The position numbers and the translations under genes are program-made. Of a stretch of 37,997 bases of DNA, positions 25,550-36,200 are shown in pieces. The notes beneath the pieces are model-generated. The model was not told where the DNA came from. It saw only the letters and a list, made by a program, of their open reading frames with translations, and made no database searches. The stretch is from the IMG/VR virus record IMGVR_UViG_3300017748_000027, positions 1 to 37,997 of that record; one strand, 5' to 3'. The DNA is from a virus. Taxonomy: Duplodnaviria; Caudoviricetes. How positions within the stretch are numbered: the first letter of the stretch is position 1; each line of letters begins with the position of its first letter.

Positions 25550-28500
25550 ATGGCATTAGCGAAAAATATATTTATCAAGTCTAAGATGAACAAAGACTTA
25601 GACGAAAGGCTAGTAGGTAAAGGCGAATACAGAGACGCGCAAAATATCAATGTAAGTAGATCTGAAGGTGATGATGTAGGTTCTGTTGAAAATTTATTAG
25701 GAAATGAATTAACAGCTAATTTAACAACTAGCACAATATATGATAATAAACAAGTAATAGGCCAATATGTTGATCAAAGTAAAGAAAGAGGATTTTTTTA
25801 CATAACAGATCATTTTGATAATTCAAGTGATAGGTTAAGTAATCCTACACACAAAGGGAGTACTTGTTTAATAGTAATGAGAGACTTTATAAATAATACA
25901 ACTCATACTTTAGTTTCAGGTATGTTTTTAAATTTTTCTATTACGCACCCTATACTTAACATAGATTTAATAGAGGATTTATTATTTTGGACTGACGATA
26001 GAAATCAGCCAAGAAGAATAAATGTAGACAAAGCTTTATCTAGTTCTACTTATTATACAACTGAAGATAATATATCTGTAGCAAAATATAATCCATATAA
26101 CGCTATAAGTTTAGTTAACGAGTTTACTGTTACTGTTACTGGTGGTACATTAACTGGGCCTGGTCCATTTACATTAAGCAATGCAGACTATGCTAAGATA
26201 AAACAAGGTCAATTTGTAAAAATGCCTAATACAAATACTCAAGTTACTCCTTGCGTTATACAGAGTACCTCTAATAGTGCTAAAAGTTTTACGTTAAATC
26301 AAGATTATGATCAAACAAATCCCGCAGCTACTACTATTACTATACTAGAAACAGGTTCAAAAAATGTTTCAGACAGATTTACAGAAGCTACAGTGTTTGG
26401 AACAGCCGCTGCACCTTCAACAGTAAGTGGTATTATTCAATTTACTGTAAGTAATCTATCTGGAACTATATATCCTAGTATGCGTATTTTTAACAGTAGA
26501 ACAAAATCTGTAATAACAATTATTGATTTACCTGGCTACGTGGCAGGTGATAATAGTGCTACTGTTAAAACAACAGGTGGAGGACTTAACGAGATGGAAG
26601 AAGCTTTTCAAAAATTTCCACCAAGCCAAGGAAATTATAATGCTTTAGTTTATTTTGCAGATTCTAATTCTCAATACTTATCTAACTTTTCAGGAGACAA
26701 AGAATATTTAAGAGATAAATTCGTAAGGTTTAGTTATAGATTTAAATTTGAGGATGGTGAATATTCTTTAATAGCACCCTTTACAAGTCCTGCTTTTGTA
26801 CCTAAACAAAATGGACATATTGTAGATATTAATCAGTTATATGATGGCTCTACTGCTAATACATCTCAACAAAACGTAGAAAGAGGTTATGAAAATATAG
26901 CTAGAAGTACTGTTGTAGATTTTTTTGAAAATAGTGTGAATGTAGTTGATTTAAACATACAAATGCCTTTTGCTGTAAATACATTATATGATAAATTAAA
27001 AGTAGAAGAAATAGATATACTTTATAAAGAGTCAGACACTTTAGCTATAAGAGTATTAGAAACAATACAAAAAACTGATACTAGAATTACCTCTAATTCA
27101 ACAGCTATACTTACTTATAACTACAATTCTAATGAGCCATTTAAACCTGTTACAGAAGCACAGGTAGTTAGAGTTTTTGACAGAGTTCCTATAAGAGCCA
27201 AAACTCAATCTGTTACCGGCAATAGAGTTGTTTATGGTAACTTCTTAAACAAACATACTCCCCCAGAATTTTTATCGTATAACACAGAAATTAGCGCTAA
27301 ATTAAATTCTAGAGAAGATAGTTCAGGTGTTCCAAAAGGTGTAGCAGATTTGCTGGTTAAGCATCCTACAGCTAGTGTTAAGCAAAATAGAACTTACCAA
27401 GTAGGCGTGATATTAGTTGATAGGTATGGAAGACAGACTGATGTAATTTTATCAGATGCAGATTCAAATTCTTTTACTTATGCTGGTGGTAGTTATGGTG
27501 GTGATACTATTTTTTATCCGTATTTCTCTACAGGAAGAGCACAAGTAACACCTATAACTAGATGGTTTGGTGATTCACTTAAAGTTTTGTTTAGATCTGT
27601 AATACCTAATAGTGTAGTTTATGCAGATGGTTACCCAGGAATTTATAAACCTGGTAATTACACTGTTGTAGCTAGTAACAACGTGACAGGCACCAGCTTT
27701 AATGCAACTGGTTTTGAACAAGATCCAGAAAAAGGAGATATTATTACTATAGGCGGTGTAGACCACGTCGTGATTAGCACTATTTTTAGTTATCCTACTT
27801 ATCCACTTGTACCTGTGTGCAATTTAACATTAAACTCTAGCGTTAGTGTTACTGCTGGAACAGCATATAATGTAGTAGGGAAAGCTAATCCTTTAGGTTT
27901 TTATACATACAAAATAGTTATAAAACAACTACAGCAAGAATATTATAATTCTTATCTAGGTAATGTTATACAAGGAGGTTTTAAAAATCAAAAAGACAGT
28001 ACAGGCACTTTACTGGAACAAGGTTTGTTTAGAACTTCACTAGCTTATGCTAGTTTATTTGGTAGTAACATAAATAAAATACCTGCAGATTTAGCTGAAA
28101 CAGAACCTAATCAACAATTATTTACACCTAACACTACAAAGCTATATACAAGAGTACAATCTACTATACCTATTGGAAGTAGCACTACTATAACTAATAA
28201 TTTATTTGTAGGTAATAATACAGTTTCTAAAAGTAATCCGTTTGTTACAGGTGTTTATTCAGCTAAATTAACAGATTTAAAAGCTTTAGATTTAGCAGCT
28301 AGTACACCATTACCTGGCATTGGTTTTTTAAACGCACAACAAGATCCTATAGGTTTTAAAATTAACACTAACGGTTCTGTTTTAGGCGTTCCAGTTGTAA
28401 ATCCAGCTTATGTAAACACATCGTTTATTAGTACTGATCTTAGGTTAAATGTTATGGAAGTAGATCCACCTAAGTCTAACATAGAAATATACTACGAAAC

Positions 28501-28609
28501 AGCTTGCTCTGGTTTAGTTAGAGAATTAAATAACTTAATACTGACAGGGACAGGGGCTTCTGGAACTGCTCCAGATCCACCATCAAGTGATGACGGAGTA
28601 AGTAGTTAA
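25550..28609 (+). CDS. Tail stabilisation/nozzle-like protein, N-terminal part
   Basis: 1019 aa; MNKDLDERLV..GEYRDAQNI, LLFWTDDRNQPRRIN, RFSYRFKFEDGEYS motifs recalled from Bacteroidota podovirus tail proteins. Confidence 0.65.
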   Translation: MALAKNIFIKSKMNKDLDERLVGKGEYRDAQNINVSRSEGDDVGSVENLLGNELTANLTTSTIYDNKQVIGQYVDQSKERGFFYITDHFDNSSDRLSNPTHKGSTCLIVMRDFINNTTHTLVSGMFLNFSITHPILNIDLIEDLLFWTDDRNQPRRINVDKALSSSTYYTTEDNISVAKYNPYNAISLVNEFTVTVTGGTLTGPGPFTLSNADYAKIKQGQFVKMPNTNTQVTPCVIQSTSNSAKSFTLNQDYDQTNPAATTITILETGSKNVSDRFTEATVFGTAAAPSTVSGIIQFTVSNLSGTIYPSMRIFNSRTKSVITIIDLPGYVAGDNSATVKTTGGGLNEMEEAFQKFPPSQGNYNALVYFADSNSQYLSNFSGDKEYLRDKFVRFSYRFKFEDGEYSLIAPFTSPAFVPKQNGHIVDINQLYDGSTANTSQQNVERGYENIARSTVVDFFENSVNVVDLNIQMPFAVNTLYDKLKVEEIDILYKESDTLAIRVLETIQKTDTRITSNSTAILTYNYNSNEPFKPVTEAQVVRVFDRVPIRAKTQSVTGNRVVYGNFLNKHTPPEFLSYNTEISAKLNSREDSSGVPKGVADLLVKHPTASVKQNRTYQVGVILVDRYGRQTDVILSDADSNSFTYAGGSYGGDTIFYPYFSTGRAQVTPITRWFGDSLKVLFRSVIPNSVVYADGYPGIYKPGNYTVVASNNVTGTSFNATGFEQDPEKGDIITIGGVDHVVISTIFSYPTYPLVPVCNLTLNSSVSVTAGTAYNVVGKANPLGFYTYKIVIKQLQQEYYNSYLGNVIQGGFKNQKDSTGTLLEQGLFRTSLAYASLFGSNINKIPADLAETEPNQQLFTPNTTKLYTRVQSTIPIGSSTTITNNLFVGNNTVSKSNPFVTGVYSAKLTDLKALDLAASTPLPGIGFLNAQQDPIGFKINTNGSVLGVPVVNPAYVNTSFISTDLRLNVMEVDPPKSNIEIYYETACSGLVRELNNLILTGTGASGTAPDPPSSDDGVSS

Positions 28610-28620
28610 ATTAAACAATT

Positions 28621-30327
28621 ATGTCAGCATCAATAGAAGTAGATTTTAACAACACTTATTTAATTAAGCAGACTTATGGTCAAACATTAAATGGTAGGCC
28701 AAACGCAAATCCTAACAGACAGATGGCCGTAGGGCCTGGTATATGTTGGCCTAGTGGTATTGATCTTACTATTGGGACGGCAATAAATCAAGATAGGAAA
28801 GAAGGATTTTATTCTAATTTTTATATAGAAGAATCTAGAATAAGAGGAGATTTTAATGCTGTGAGTATTGATCCTGGTGTTAGAGCGTATTTAAATGACC
28901 CGTTTCCAATACAGCAACATAGATTTAATACATTAATTTATTCTGGCATATATAACTCTAGAACAGGTATAAACAACACAAATGTGTTTTCTACTGGCAC
29001 AGACATTACTAAGTCCTTAGATCCTGAAAATGGGTCAATACAACGCACTTTATCTGAAGACACTAACATGATAGTGTTTCAAGAAAACAAAATTAGTAGA
29101 GCATTAATAGATAAAGACACTATATATACTACAGAAAGTGGTACTCAAACTCAATCAGGAGCTGCTGTTATAGGTCAGTTTGTACCTTACAAAGGCGTAT
29201 ACGGTATTAGTAAAAATCCAGAATCTTTAGCTAATTATGGTTTTAGAAAATATTTTTCTGATAGAAATAGAAACGCTATAATGAGATTATCTAATGATGG
29301 TCTTACAGAGATTAGCGCTTATGGTATGGAAGATTATTTTAGAGATGAGTTAGATAAAGTAAAAGATATTAATACAACTTACACTATACCTTCCACAAGT
29401 AGCTTAACAGTATCAAGTGGAGGTGCAGTAGGAGAGTTTACTTTAACTTTAAATCTTACTGGAATAACTCCTATACCGTCAACTGGAATGTCAATTAAGG
29501 ACAACCCAGGTTATATAACTCAAGTTGACTCATCTACTCCAAGTGCCGTAAAAATATTCTATTCAAAAGGATTTACTACAGATTTAACTGCTAAAGTAGT
29601 ATTTGAATATTCAGAAAACGGCAAAGTAAAAGGAGCTTGGGATGTTCATAATAGAAATTATATTTTGTCTTTGCAAGAAACTCCATTATTAAAGTCTAAA
29701 ACAGAAGACTTTCAAACACTATGTTTTGATGACAAAGTAAATGGCTGGGTAAGTTTTTTAACTTACAAACCAGAAACAATGTTTTCTGTAAAAAATAATT
29801 ATTTTACCACTCAAGAAGTAGGTTTATTTAAACACTACTCAGAAGTTCTTAATACTAGAAATACATTTTATGGCGTGTCTAGCCCTTCTACAATAACATG
29901 CGTATTTAATGTACAGCCAAGTTTAGTAAAAAACTTTAAAACTGTGGGATATGAAGGTAGTAGCGGTTGGGAAGTGGAGTCTTTTTTATCTGACTTTACT
30001 GGAATTAATGAATTGCCATCTGGAACTTATGTAGAAAATCAAGATAAAACGCTTTCTGTAAAAAGTTATGAAGAAGGAAAATATGTAGATCCTATTACTG
30101 GTCAAACTTTAAATGCTGGTTTTAATAGAAAAGAAAATATTTACTTAGCTAACTTAGTTTCTAACTCTATTGCTATGCCTAATGAAGTGTCTTTTGGAAA
30201 TCAAATAACAGGCGTTAGAGGATTTGTAGCTACTGCTAAATTTCAAACAGATAGCACTACACAACTTGGAGGAACAAAACAACTATGGTCTACAAGATCA
30301 GAGTATGTTAACTCATCTGGGTTTTAA
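28621..30327 (+). CDS. Tail stabilisation/nozzle-like protein, C-terminal part
   Basis: 568 aa; YGISKNPES, MRLSNDGLTEIS.YGM.DYFRD, GWVSF, KNFKTVGYEG. Confidence 0.65.
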   Translation: MSASIEVDFNNTYLIKQTYGQTLNGRPNANPNRQMAVGPGICWPSGIDLTIGTAINQDRKEGFYSNFYIEESRIRGDFNAVSIDPGVRAYLNDPFPIQQHRFNTLIYSGIYNSRTGINNTNVFSTGTDITKSLDPENGSIQRTLSEDTNMIVFQENKISRALIDKDTIYTTESGTQTQSGAAVIGQFVPYKGVYGISKNPESLANYGFRKYFSDRNRNAIMRLSNDGLTEISAYGMEDYFRDELDKVKDINTTYTIPSTSSLTVSSGGAVGEFTLTLNLTGITPIPSTGMSIKDNPGYITQVDSSTPSAVKIFYSKGFTTDLTAKVVFEYSENGKVKGAWDVHNRNYILSLQETPLLKSKTEDFQTLCFDDKVNGWVSFLTYKPETMFSVKNNYFTTQEVGLFKHYSEVLNTRNTFYGVSSPSTITCVFNVQPSLVKNFKTVGYEGSSGWEVESFLSDFTGINELPSGTYVENQDKTLSVKSYEEGKYVDPITGQTLNAGFNRKENIYLANLVSNSIAMPNEVSFGNQITGVRGFVATAKFQTDSTTQLGGTKQLWSTRSEYVNSSGF

Positions 30328-30336
30328 TTATATTAT

Positions 30337-30822
30337 ATGAAAGATTTAAACGAACTTATGGTTCAGATGAGCACTCTTGATAAACAAGATTTTAGAGATC
30401 AAATGATAGATCTTACTGTTAAGATGGCTCAACTGCCAGACGCTGCTGTTAGAGAAACTTATGCTGAAAATGCTAGCATAGACACTTACAATGGCAACAA
30501 TTTAGAACATTTTTTTGGAGAAGGTACTTATATAAGAAAAATTACAATGAATAAAGGTTCTGTAATCATGAGTGCTATACACACTGTTTTACATCCTTTT
30601 TTTGTGTTGAAAGGCAAAGCAACTGTATTATCTGAAGACGGTTTAATAAATGTAGAAGCTCCTTATTTTGGTATGACAAAACCAGGAACTCAAAGACTTT
30701 TATTAATACATGAAGATATGGAGTGGTATACAGTGCATCCTACAGAAAAAACAAACGTAGAAGAAATATTACAAGATGTAACTTCAAAAGATTATGACCA
30801 CCCAAAACTTAAAATAAATTAA
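30337..30822 (+). CDS. Cupin-like protein preceding the ejection genes
   Basis: HFFGEGTYIRKITM...IH...HPFFVLKG...KPGTQR...HED..W.TVH double-stranded beta-helix pattern. Confidence 0.6.
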   Translation: MKDLNELMVQMSTLDKQDFRDQMIDLTVKMAQLPDAAVRETYAENASIDTYNGNNLEHFFGEGTYIRKITMNKGSVIMSAIHTVLHPFFVLKGKATVLSEDGLINVEAPYFGMTKPGTQRLLLIHEDMEWYTVHPTEKTNVEEILQDVTSKDYDHPKLKIN

Positions 30823-30823
30823 C

Positions 30824-31534
30824 ATGTTATTATTAGAATTAGTTACCCATACTGGACCTGTCTATTACGAGGCTACTGTTGCTGCTGTAGCTATTACTGC
30901 AGGTGCTACTGCTTTAATAGCTGGTGCTGTAGACTTTGGTATTAGTAAAAATAAAGAGAAAAAAGCTGCAGAGGCAGCGGCACAAAAAGAAGCTGAATTA
31001 AAAGCATTTCAAGAAAATAGACAAGAAATTATTGATAACTCAGATGATATTAGAGCATTAGCAGCTCAAGTAAATAATCCATTTGCTAATTTAAGTGTAG
31101 CTACAGGCGCTGCAGAGTTTCAAGCTGAACAAGCAGATTTAGCTTTAGCTCAGTCACTAGATACTATGGCAGCTACTGGGGCAAGTGCTGGTGGTGCAAC
31201 TGCTTTAGCTAGAGCAGCTTTAGCTAGTAAAAAAGGTATAGCTAATAGCATAGAACAACAAGAAGCTCAAAACCAAAAAATGGCAGCGCAAGGAGCTCAA
31301 CAAGCGCAACAGCAAAGACTTAACTTGCAACTTCAGGCTGAAGCTGAAGAAGCTGCTGCTTTCGATAGGCAAGAAAGAAGAGATATGGTTGACATGGGTA
31401 TTATAAGAGAAGATCAACAATACCAACAAAACTTAGAAGTACAATATGGATTAGCCGCTCAAGAAGCTGCAGTAGGAACTATAGAAAACGTAGGTGGCGC
31501 GGTTGGAGATGCCGCTGGAGCAGGTTTATTATAA
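30824..31534 (+). CDS. Internal virion/ejection (pilot-like) protein
   Basis: 236 aa; hydrophobic A/G-rich N-terminus, A/Q-rich coiled coil, G-rich C-terminus. Confidence 0.65.
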   Translation: MLLLELVTHTGPVYYEATVAAVAITAGATALIAGAVDFGISKNKEKKAAEAAAQKEAELKAFQENRQEIIDNSDDIRALAAQVNNPFANLSVATGAAEFQAEQADLALAQSLDTMAATGASAGGATALARAALASKKGIANSIEQQEAQNQKMAAQGAQQAQQQRLNLQLQAEAEEAAAFDRQERRDMVDMGIIREDQQYQQNLEVQYGLAAQEAAVGTIENVGGAVGDAAGAGLL

Positions 31535-31547
31535 TAAAAATTAAAAT

Positions 31548-33248
31548 ATGGCATATCAAATACCAAACATCGCAGGTCTAGCTGCAGCTAGAAATAATAG
31601 AAGAGCTCAAGCTATAAAAGATATGGGAACTATGCTTGCTACTAGACAAAAAGAAAAAAATAAAATAGAAGCAGCAATTGTAAAAGATGCTAATGCTCGT
31701 AATGTAGATTTTTTAAATTATTTTGAAGAACAACCTAAATCTAGTAATCAAGCTTTTAATTCATCTGCAGAAGCATACGTAAGAAAAGCCTCTGCTAATC
31801 AAGAAGTAATGTATAGAAATGCTTTTGGTGCTCAAGGAAGTCCTGAAGCTAGAGCAGCATACAATGCTCAAGTAATGAAAGACAAAAGAAATTTACAGTC
31901 TATAGGTGAATGGATGACTTTAGGTAATGCTGCTAGTGTAGCTATAACAGAGAATCAAGCCGCGGCTGATCAAGAAACATCATTAGGTGCTTTTACTAGA
32001 GGTAATGATATAAATAAACTAAGTTTTCAAAGCGATTTAGCTAATTCAAAATTTACTAATTTTTTACTTAATGATGATGCTAATGGTAATATAAATTTAA
32101 AAGGTTTTTATTCTAGTGATGATTATGAAGGTTATCTGGCTGGCGATGATGAAAAAAAATACAACGAAAGAAATTTAACTGGAGACGTTCAAGCACATCA
32201 ATCTGGTCAAGTTTGGTTTACTCAAATACAAAATGATGACTTACTTCAGAATAAACTAGGTAATATATGGACAAACAAAAATCCAGCTATTGGTTTAAGT
32301 AACTTATTTCAAGAAGAAACTAAATCAAATAAATATTTAAGCGGAGGCAATTGGGTTTATACTAAAGAAAAAGTATATAATCCAACTAAGGTAAAAAGCG
32401 AGTTATTAAATAAGTATTCTAATAGACTTGATACTCAAATAAATGGACAAGGTTTTGATAAAACTTGGGATCAGCTATATAAAGGTGGTTATATAAGAAA
32501 TAATAAAGGAGAGTTTTTAGAAGAAGGAGATATTGCTTGGAACACTGTTAAGCAGATTAAAAATATATCTAATGAGATGTTCATGAAACAATATGGTGAT
32601 TTAACAGGTGATGAGAAAATTACTCAAGAAGATAGAGATTTATTTGTTGATAACATGAAAGACGCTGCTAGGCAAGGGCTAGCTAACTATTTTGCAGAAA
32701 CAATGGCGCCACAAAGTAATCAAGTAATATCAACTCAAACTACTGAAAAATACGAACAAGAAAACAAAAAGACGTATACGCCTGATCAAATTAATAAAAT
32801 GATGATGCATGAAGACGCTTACTTAGCAAATAAAAGAGATGCTAAAGAAGATGTTAAATTAGATAACGCTGCTGATTTGCAAAAAGCTATGGTTAAAAAT
32901 CTTAATGAAAACTCTCATTTAGAAAGCATGGGTAATGTAATATACGCTGATTATAATACAGCTATGGGTATATTAGAAAATACAGGGCAATTAGATGCTT
33001 ATCAAAACAGCATGGACAAAGGTAATATATTTGCTTTAAAAGCTACTTCAACTGTTTCTAAAGGAATTAAGCAACTTCAATATGATCTTTTACCAGACTA
33101 TGGAATTAAAGCTGTAGACATTGAAAATGCTGTTGGAAATGAAAAAGTTATACAAAGATTATTAAACAACGGTATAAACATAGATAGAGCTTCGGTAAAT
33201 TATCTTGAAAGTATGTCACAAAATAACAATCCACTTATAGATGAATGA
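31548..33248 (+). CDS. Internal virion/ejection protein
   Basis: 566 aa, helical; between pilot-like and giant genes. Confidence 0.55.
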   Translation: MAYQIPNIAGLAAARNNRRAQAIKDMGTMLATRQKEKNKIEAAIVKDANARNVDFLNYFEEQPKSSNQAFNSSAEAYVRKASANQEVMYRNAFGAQGSPEARAAYNAQVMKDKRNLQSIGEWMTLGNAASVAITENQAAADQETSLGAFTRGNDINKLSFQSDLANSKFTNFLLNDDANGNINLKGFYSSDDYEGYLAGDDEKKYNERNLTGDVQAHQSGQVWFTQIQNDDLLQNKLGNIWTNKNPAIGLSNLFQEETKSNKYLSGGNWVYTKEKVYNPTKVKSELLNKYSNRLDTQINGQGFDKTWDQLYKGGYIRNNKGEFLEEGDIAWNTVKQIKNISNEMFMKQYGDLTGDEKITQEDRDLFVDNMKDAARQGLANYFAETMAPQSNQVISTQTTEKYEQENKKTYTPDQINKMMMHEDAYLANKRDAKEDVKLDNAADLQKAMVKNLNENSHLESMGNVIYADYNTAMGILENTGQLDAYQNSMDKGNIFALKATSTVSKGIKQLQYDLLPDYGIKAVDIENAVGNEKVIQRLLNNGINIDRASVNYLESMSQNNNPLIDE

Positions 33249-36200
33249 TATTTATTACTACACTAATTCAAAAGGTGAAGTAGTAGAAGCCACTTATAGT
33301 CAAGTAGAAGAAGCGTCAAAACATTTTGGTTACCCTGATGCTCAAACATACATGACTGATAAGGGTATTACTACAGATCCTCCTTCTAAAGAGCAAGAAT
33401 CACCTATGTTTTCTGGAGAAGAAACCAAAGATGCTATTGATAAAGCTCAAGATGAGCAAGAGAAAATACAGCAAGAAAGAGATGAAACCAGAAAAAAAGA
33501 TTTAGATAACCGTATATCTAATGAGAAACCTAAAGTAAATAAAAGTATGTCTCAAATAGTTCGTGAAGCTAAAATGAAAGAGACAACTGAAAAAGCTATA
33601 GAGTTAGACGATGATCACACTTGGATGGATAATGTAGATGATGTTCAGTTTTCTAACTCTGGCAATAATAAAATGTCTGTAATGCTCAACGAAGCTTATC
33701 CAGGTTTTACAAGTAAAGAAGTAACTAAATATAGAACTGATTATGGCCCTGATGGTGCTGTAAATTTACCATATACTGAGCTACAAATAACTGACGATAA
33801 TACTGGAGACGTTAAAACAATAGATCCTAAGTCTAATAGTTTTAAAACAGATATTAGAGGTTTTGTTAATAAACATGGTGGCACAAAGAAATATAAAGCA
33901 GATGAAGAAACATTAAGATTATCTAGTGAAGCTGACGAAGCTACTAATCTTTCTGGTTATCAAAATTCAGAAATACAAAGTATAACTGGAAAACCTAATG
34001 AAGAGTTGTTTAAACCTTATACTGAAATGGAAACAGTTCAAGGTATACCAACTCCAGATGGTAGAATGATTAGTGGAAGTAGAAGAGTAGAGAAAACTAT
34101 TCAACCTTATGAAGCAGAGTTAAAGCAAGCTAAAGATATTCTTGATAGACAAGTAGCAGACATAAACGCTAAGAGATCACCTAGTGATCAAATACCAGCT
34201 GCAACTAGGTTAGATATAGAAAACAAAGCTAAAGACCTTATAGCTGCTGATATGACATATAAAATGCAAAATAACAATTTGCAAGACTATTTAGAAGATT
34301 TAACTGAATCTGAAATTGCCAAACTAAATATTTATACAACAAAAACTAAAGACGCTAAATCTAAAAAAGCAAGTGAAATATTAGCTGTTCAAAAAATAGA
34401 AATGGATAATTTTTTAGATGAAAATAAAAATCCAGATCTAATGCTGGTTAACTATGTTAACTCTACTTTATCAGATCCTACACAAGAATTTTTACCAGAA
34501 GAAGGAGAAAAAACTATTAAGCTTAACAACGGTAAAGTAATAGGCGAAAAATTATATAATGAGTATGTACAAGCAAAGTCTAATTTAGATAACCAATTAG
34601 TTCCCCTTAAAAAACGACAAGACGAAATAAATAAAGTAACAGGTGAAGTTTCTGATTTAAATACTAAAATGGATTTATACGGCAGAGACTACAGTAATAT
34701 GAGTAAGTTTACTTATAACTTTTTAAAAGGTTTTGAGAGTATTGGATCTGGTATATTGTATTATGGTGGAAGACTAGGAAGTGAAGTTATGCAATTAGGA
34801 GGTGGATTAACAGGTTTTGCTGGAGAAGTATTACAAAAAAATCTAACTGATTGGCAAATAAATAGATTTAAAGAAGATCAAGATCGTAGAAGAGTATTAG
34901 CTAAAGACGTTTCATTTGGAGATTTTAAAGATAAAAATGGAGAGTATGATGCTAGTAGATTTGGTAGATTTATAAACCAAGAAGTTAGCACTCAGCTTCC
35001 AATACTAGCTTCAATGGTAGTTACTGGTGGTAGTGGATCTGCCGTGTTACCAGCGTTGACTATTGGCACGTATAGTGCGGGTGAAAGATTAGCAGAATTT
35101 GATGTTAATCAAGCAACTGATCCAAATTATAATCCATCTGCTTTAGAAAAATGGTTTGTAAGTACAGGCTATGGTGCTTTAGACGGCACGTTAGGTACTT
35201 TACCAACTGCTAGAATATTAAGAAATAGTGTTAAAGCTGTAGGCACTTCTGGTACTAGCGGTTTTTTAAGCTTTAGTAAAGAGTTTAAAAACGCTTGGAC
35301 TAATGGAACGTTAAGAAAACATGTTATATATGAACCAGCTATAGACATGGCGGGTGAAGTAGGTACTACGTGGGGTCAAAATGCTTTAGATGGTAGACCT
35401 ATATTAACTAATACTGGTCATACTGCTTTTACTTCTGGTATGTTTAGTGTATTTTTAGGTGGTGGTCCTTTAGTTTATGGACATACTTTAACTGCTTTTA
35501 GTGATCGTAAAAAATGGAAGGAAACTAGAAGCTTAATAGATGATAAAAACAGGCTTGAGGCTAAATTAAGTAATGTTGATGGTCGTACTAAAGTTGGTAA
35601 AGCTTATAAAAATCAAATAACAAGTTTAGAAAAGCAAATTGAAAATAATATTAATACTGTTTCTAATAATGTTAATAATAAACTATCACCAAAATCTTAT
35701 AATGCTTATGTTAATGCTACTAAAAGACAAGAAGAAATAAGATTAGAAGCAGAAGCTATAGTGGACGATCAAACTATTAAAAATAGACAAGACAAACAAG
35801 AGCAATTAAAATATCTTAAAAAAGAGTTTGACGATATACAATATGCTAGAGATTTATGGAGAGATGAAGATGCATTTGGAAATGAATTTAACTTATTAAG
35901 TTCTGGTAATGAACAGCAAAAAGAAAGATACCAAAAAATAAAACAAGAAGCTATTACAAAGTTAAGAGTTGATAAAAATAAAGCTCCAGACTTTCAACCA
36001 GACGCTAAAGATATAAATGCAGCTGCATATGATATATATGTTAGAGAAGAAATACAAGACAGAATAGACCAAGCTAATAAAGCTAGTAACAATTTTAAAA
36101 CTATAGTATTAGAAACAAAAGAAGATGCTATAAATGAAATTAACAGATTGGCTAATGAAGAAATAAGTATAGCTGCCTCTGAAGAAAAAACTACTATACA

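Noticed and set aside
634-31429. Numerous minus-strand ORFs of 60-111 aa in the track
   Set aside because: All are antisense shadows of well-supported + strand genes, with no motifs or leaders; their F/L/S-rich content mirrors K/E-rich sense codons
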